A program made the translations under genes and the position numbers. From NCBI RefSeq assembly GCF_964188315.1, contig NC_135659.1:27776001-27840000 (forward strand): a stretch of 64,000 nucleotides of DNA. Reading direction: 5' to 3'. Source of the DNA: Podarcis muralis. Its lineage: Eukaryota. Positions within the stretch are counted from its first letter, which is position 1; every line of letters starts with the position of its first letter. The notes beneath the pieces are model-generated. The model searched no databases, was not told where the DNA came from, and saw nothing but the letters and a program-made list of their open reading frames with translations. Of the stretch, positions 62,388 through 64,000 are shown one piece after another.

Positions 62388-62700
62388 CAGTGGTGCCCCG
62401 CAAGACGAATGCCTCACAAGACGAAAAACTCGCTAGACGAAAGGGTTTTCCGTTTTTTGAGTCGTTCCGCAAGACGAATTTCCCTATGGGCTTGCTTCGC
62501 AAGACGAAACGTCTTGCGAGTTCTTGCGAGTTTGTTTCCTTTTTCTTAAAGCCACTAAGCCGTTAATAGCCGCTAAGCCGCTAAGCCATTAATAGCCGCT
62601 AAGCTGCTAAGCCGCTAATAGCCGTGCTTCGCAAGACGAAAAAACTGCAAGACGAAGAGACTCACGGAACGGATTAATTTCGTCTTGCGAGGCACCACTG
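62388..62700. mobile_element. Tigger-like MITE, short relative of 37077-38692
   Basis: TA|CAGTGGTGCCCCGCAAGACGAA ... TTCGTCTTGCGAGGCACCACTG|TA, with an internal AAGCCGCT-type short tandem array. Confidence 0.9.
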
Positions 62701-63462
62701 TATTAGAAGTATTACATGGGAAAGCCTAGAGCAAAATGTTCCACTGCTTTAATTATTATTATTTATTAAATTTCAATATCACCTTTCATCCTAGGATCCA
62801 GTTCATAGCATAACAATGCAAAATGAAAACACAAAATAAAATGAAAACAAAGCAAGCCAATACCCCCCCAGTATTTTTTTATTTTGCAATGTAATTATTC
62901 AACAATACATAGCATAACAAACTGAAACAACCCTCCCCCAACTGACACTAATGCTATTACAATGACCACACTACTAGATTCATGTTTGAAGGGTTCAAAA
63001 GGGTGGGTGGAAGAGCTGACCTTATAGGAGCAGGAAATCATGGGACAGGGGAAATAAAAAGCCCTACAGATACTGTCCAGAAAGACGTAACACATAAATG
63101 GCTGCTCATCAGACGAAATTATCTGACTCGTTATTACTGCTCAGCATGAAAGATGTACTACTGGATTATTGGGATGCAGTCTATGTGGGGCCGTCATTGA
63201 AAGGAGATTGGTAATTCCAGCTAGTCCACAAGGTTGGTGGACCGGAAGCCACAAAAGCAAGTGATTTCCTTATTACATCAACTCTACTGACTTCCAGGTC
63301 ACTTCTGGGCCCAATTCAAGGTACTGGTTAGGGTTAGGACCAGGTAACCTAAACAGCTTGGAACCCACCTGTCTATTAAGCTCTGCAGGAGAGGCTCTCC
63401 TCCACATTCCATCAACATCTGATGCACGTTGAGCAGAGATGGATGTGAGGGCCTCCTCAACT

Positions 63463-63630
63463 GGGGAAGGGTTGTAGCTCAGTGGCACAGCATTTGCTTT
63501 CCATGCAGACAATCCCAGGTTCAATCCTCCAAACCTCCGGGCAAGGTTGGGAATGTCATCAGTTTCAATCCCTGAAGAGCAGCTCTCATTGTAGAGAATA
63601 CTGAAGTAGCTCATTTGACTCTGTATAAAG
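63463..63630 (+). mobile_element. tRNA-derived SINE (Squam2-like)
   Basis: GTAGCTCAGTGG A-box and CCCAGGTTCAATCC B-box. Related degraded copies lie at ~9505-9692 (-), ~540-640 and ~1530-1630. Confidence 0.6.
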
Positions 63631-63825
63631 CTTTTTTTTTTTTTTTTGTTCCACTATGTGTCCAGGCTCTGGATTGAACTCCCTGCCTCCAGGTATCCCA
63701 TCCAGCTGTTTCTCGCTCAGTTTTTTCTCAATACACCAATAGCTTTTTGGTTTGGCTTACTAGGTTTTGGTTTGCTATATTGATTTCTTGGCCGTGTTAT
63801 ATGTTTGTGGTTCAGGTAGGTAGCA

Positions 63826-64000
63826 GTGTTGGTCTGATGCAGTCAAAATAAATTTAAAAAATTGTCCAGTAGCACCTTAGAGACCAACTAAGTTTGTTCT
63901 GGGTATAAGCTTTCATGTGCATGCACACTTCTTCACATCATGTGAAGATGCTTATACCCAGAACAAACTTAGTTGGTCTCTAAGGTGCTACTGGACAATT
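63826..64000. mobile_element. Penelope-like element terminus in inverted-repeat configuration (runs off the window end)
   Basis: Perfect 51-bp inverted repeat at 63860-63910/63950-64000. The spacer carries GAAGAAGTGTGCATGCACATGAAAGC on the minus strand, as recalled for squamate PLE terminal repeats. Confidence 0.6.

Overview
Vertebrate genomic DNA, squamate and probably a lacertid lizard (inferred from Sauria/Squam SINEs, BovB and lizard-type L2). The window lies inside the DPYD (dihydropyrimidine dehydrogenase) gene on the minus strand. Two coding exons are visible: 36251-36393 (143 bp, equivalent to human exon 19) and 20741-20920 (180 bp, equivalent to human exon 20), both with GT-AG boundaries. 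The rest is intron rich in transposable elements: SINEs, CR1/L2/RTE/BovB/L1 fragments, many hAT and Tc1/mariner MITEs, microsatellites and an N gap. The standout feature is an apparently full-length, intact 6.3-kb non-LTR retrotransposon, probably RTE-X (38708-45046). It has a perfect 16-bp target-site duplication, a YY1-type motif near its 5' end, a 702-aa ORF1 carrying a PCNA-interaction (PIP)-box-like motif, and a 1104-aa APE-RT-Cys/His ORF2. ORF1 and ORF2 are in the same frame, separated only by one TGA and 23 sense codons. Other notable structures are a Tigger-like MITE filled with tandem GC-rich hairpins, a template-switch-type palindrome, an internal L1 RT fragment inserted with its own TSD, and a Penelope-type palindrome with a hammerhead-like remnant. 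All coordinates and counts were read by eye; family names are recalled, not searched.
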